From positions 106,518,001-106,582,000 of the forward strand of contig NC_058373.1 of the NCBI RefSeq assembly GCF_018350175.1: a stretch of 64,000 nucleotides of DNA, given 5' to 3'. The position numbers and the translations under genes are program-made. The DNA is from Felis catus. Taxonomy: Eukaryota. The notes under the pieces are model-generated. The model saw nothing but the letters and a program-made list of their open reading frames with translations, searched no databases and was not told the DNA's origin. The first letter of the stretch is position 1. Each line of letters opens with the position of its first letter. Shown here piece by piece: positions 63,207-64,000 of this stretch.

Positions 63207-63700
63207 TAAATCAAAACAGATGAATGAGGGCGGGGCATACATGATGAATTACAATAAAACCCTTTACCCTGTAAAACAAAACAAACTAAACAGATAAATG
63301 GGTAAAATACAGAAATAGATTTCTACAAAGGAGAAAATAGAAATAAAGACATAGAAATAATAGACATATTCTACTTTTTAGTAATCAGATCAGATCAAAT
63401 AATACCCAGTATTGCTTAGTAGTAAATTGGTCCACTTGGTCGGTATTGGTTGTATGAAAATTGTAACATCTGTATTGAAAAGCAATACTGCAGAATGTAT
63501 CATGAGTCAAGGGAAGGTGCATACCTTTTGAATCAGAAATCCCTTGTTCTAAGATCTTATCCTAGAGAAGTAATTCAACAGCAGAAAACAACGGTATGCA
63601 TGAAGTTATTTGTTATAGCACTATTTGTAATATTTAAAAATGTGAAACGAATATTCTGCACGTAAAGGTATTTTTAAGAAAATTATTATAAACTTCATAA

Positions 63701-63886
63701 GGCTGCACCTTGGTGGCCCAGTCAGTTGAGCATCCAACTTTGTCTCGGGTCATGGTCTCACAGGCTGAGGGAGAGAGTGTTAAGCAGGCTTCATCTTCAG
63801 CATGGAGCCCAATTGATGCAGGGCTCTAGCTCACAACCCTGGGATCATGACCTGAGCCAAAATCAACTGAGCCACCCAAGCACCCC
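63701..63886. mobile_element. Fused opposite-orientation CanSINE fragments
   Basis: Plus-strand head (~63701-63762) joined to a minus-strand body and head (~63765-63886). Confidence 0.75.
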
Positions 63887-64000
63887 TGTATTTTTTTCTT
63901 TTATAATGTTTAGTTCATTTTGCTGGCTACAGGTTTTTCAATAAAGTGTGATTTTTAAAAGAAAATGTGCTTATAATCTACTCTATTAAAAGGATTAATT

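Overview
Mammalian genomic DNA, most likely a felid: it carries about 30 carnivore tRNA-derived CanSINEs, several of the young cat type. The window covers the head-to-head region between two known genes. RTN1 (reticulon-1, long isoform) lies on the minus strand, with coding exon 1 at 24037-24277 inside a CpG island; everything to its left is RTN1 intron 1. LRRC9 lies on the plus strand, with a CpG-island promoter near 52.8-53.5 kb, a probable non-coding exon 1 ending at 53507, and coding exons at 62595-62642 and 62898-63116. The rest is mostly interspersed repeats (CanSINE, L1, L2, MIR, hAT MITEs, LTR remnants) and microsatellites. Almost all ORFs in the supplied track are repeat-derived or GC-rich shadow ORFs. 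I do not see a convincing new multi-gene system. The leads most worth checking are regulatory or RNA-level: a candidate in-frame alternative terminal exon in RTN1 intron 1, two uORFs overlapping the LRRC9 start codon, RFX X-boxes (LRRC9 promoter and inside RTN1 coding sequence), a CTCF site with its upstream motif, an open in-frame GCG-repeat leader upstream of RTN1, and several nested or inverted retroelement structures. Gene identities come from my recall of the human proteins. Repeat family names are by eye and repeat boundaries are approximate.
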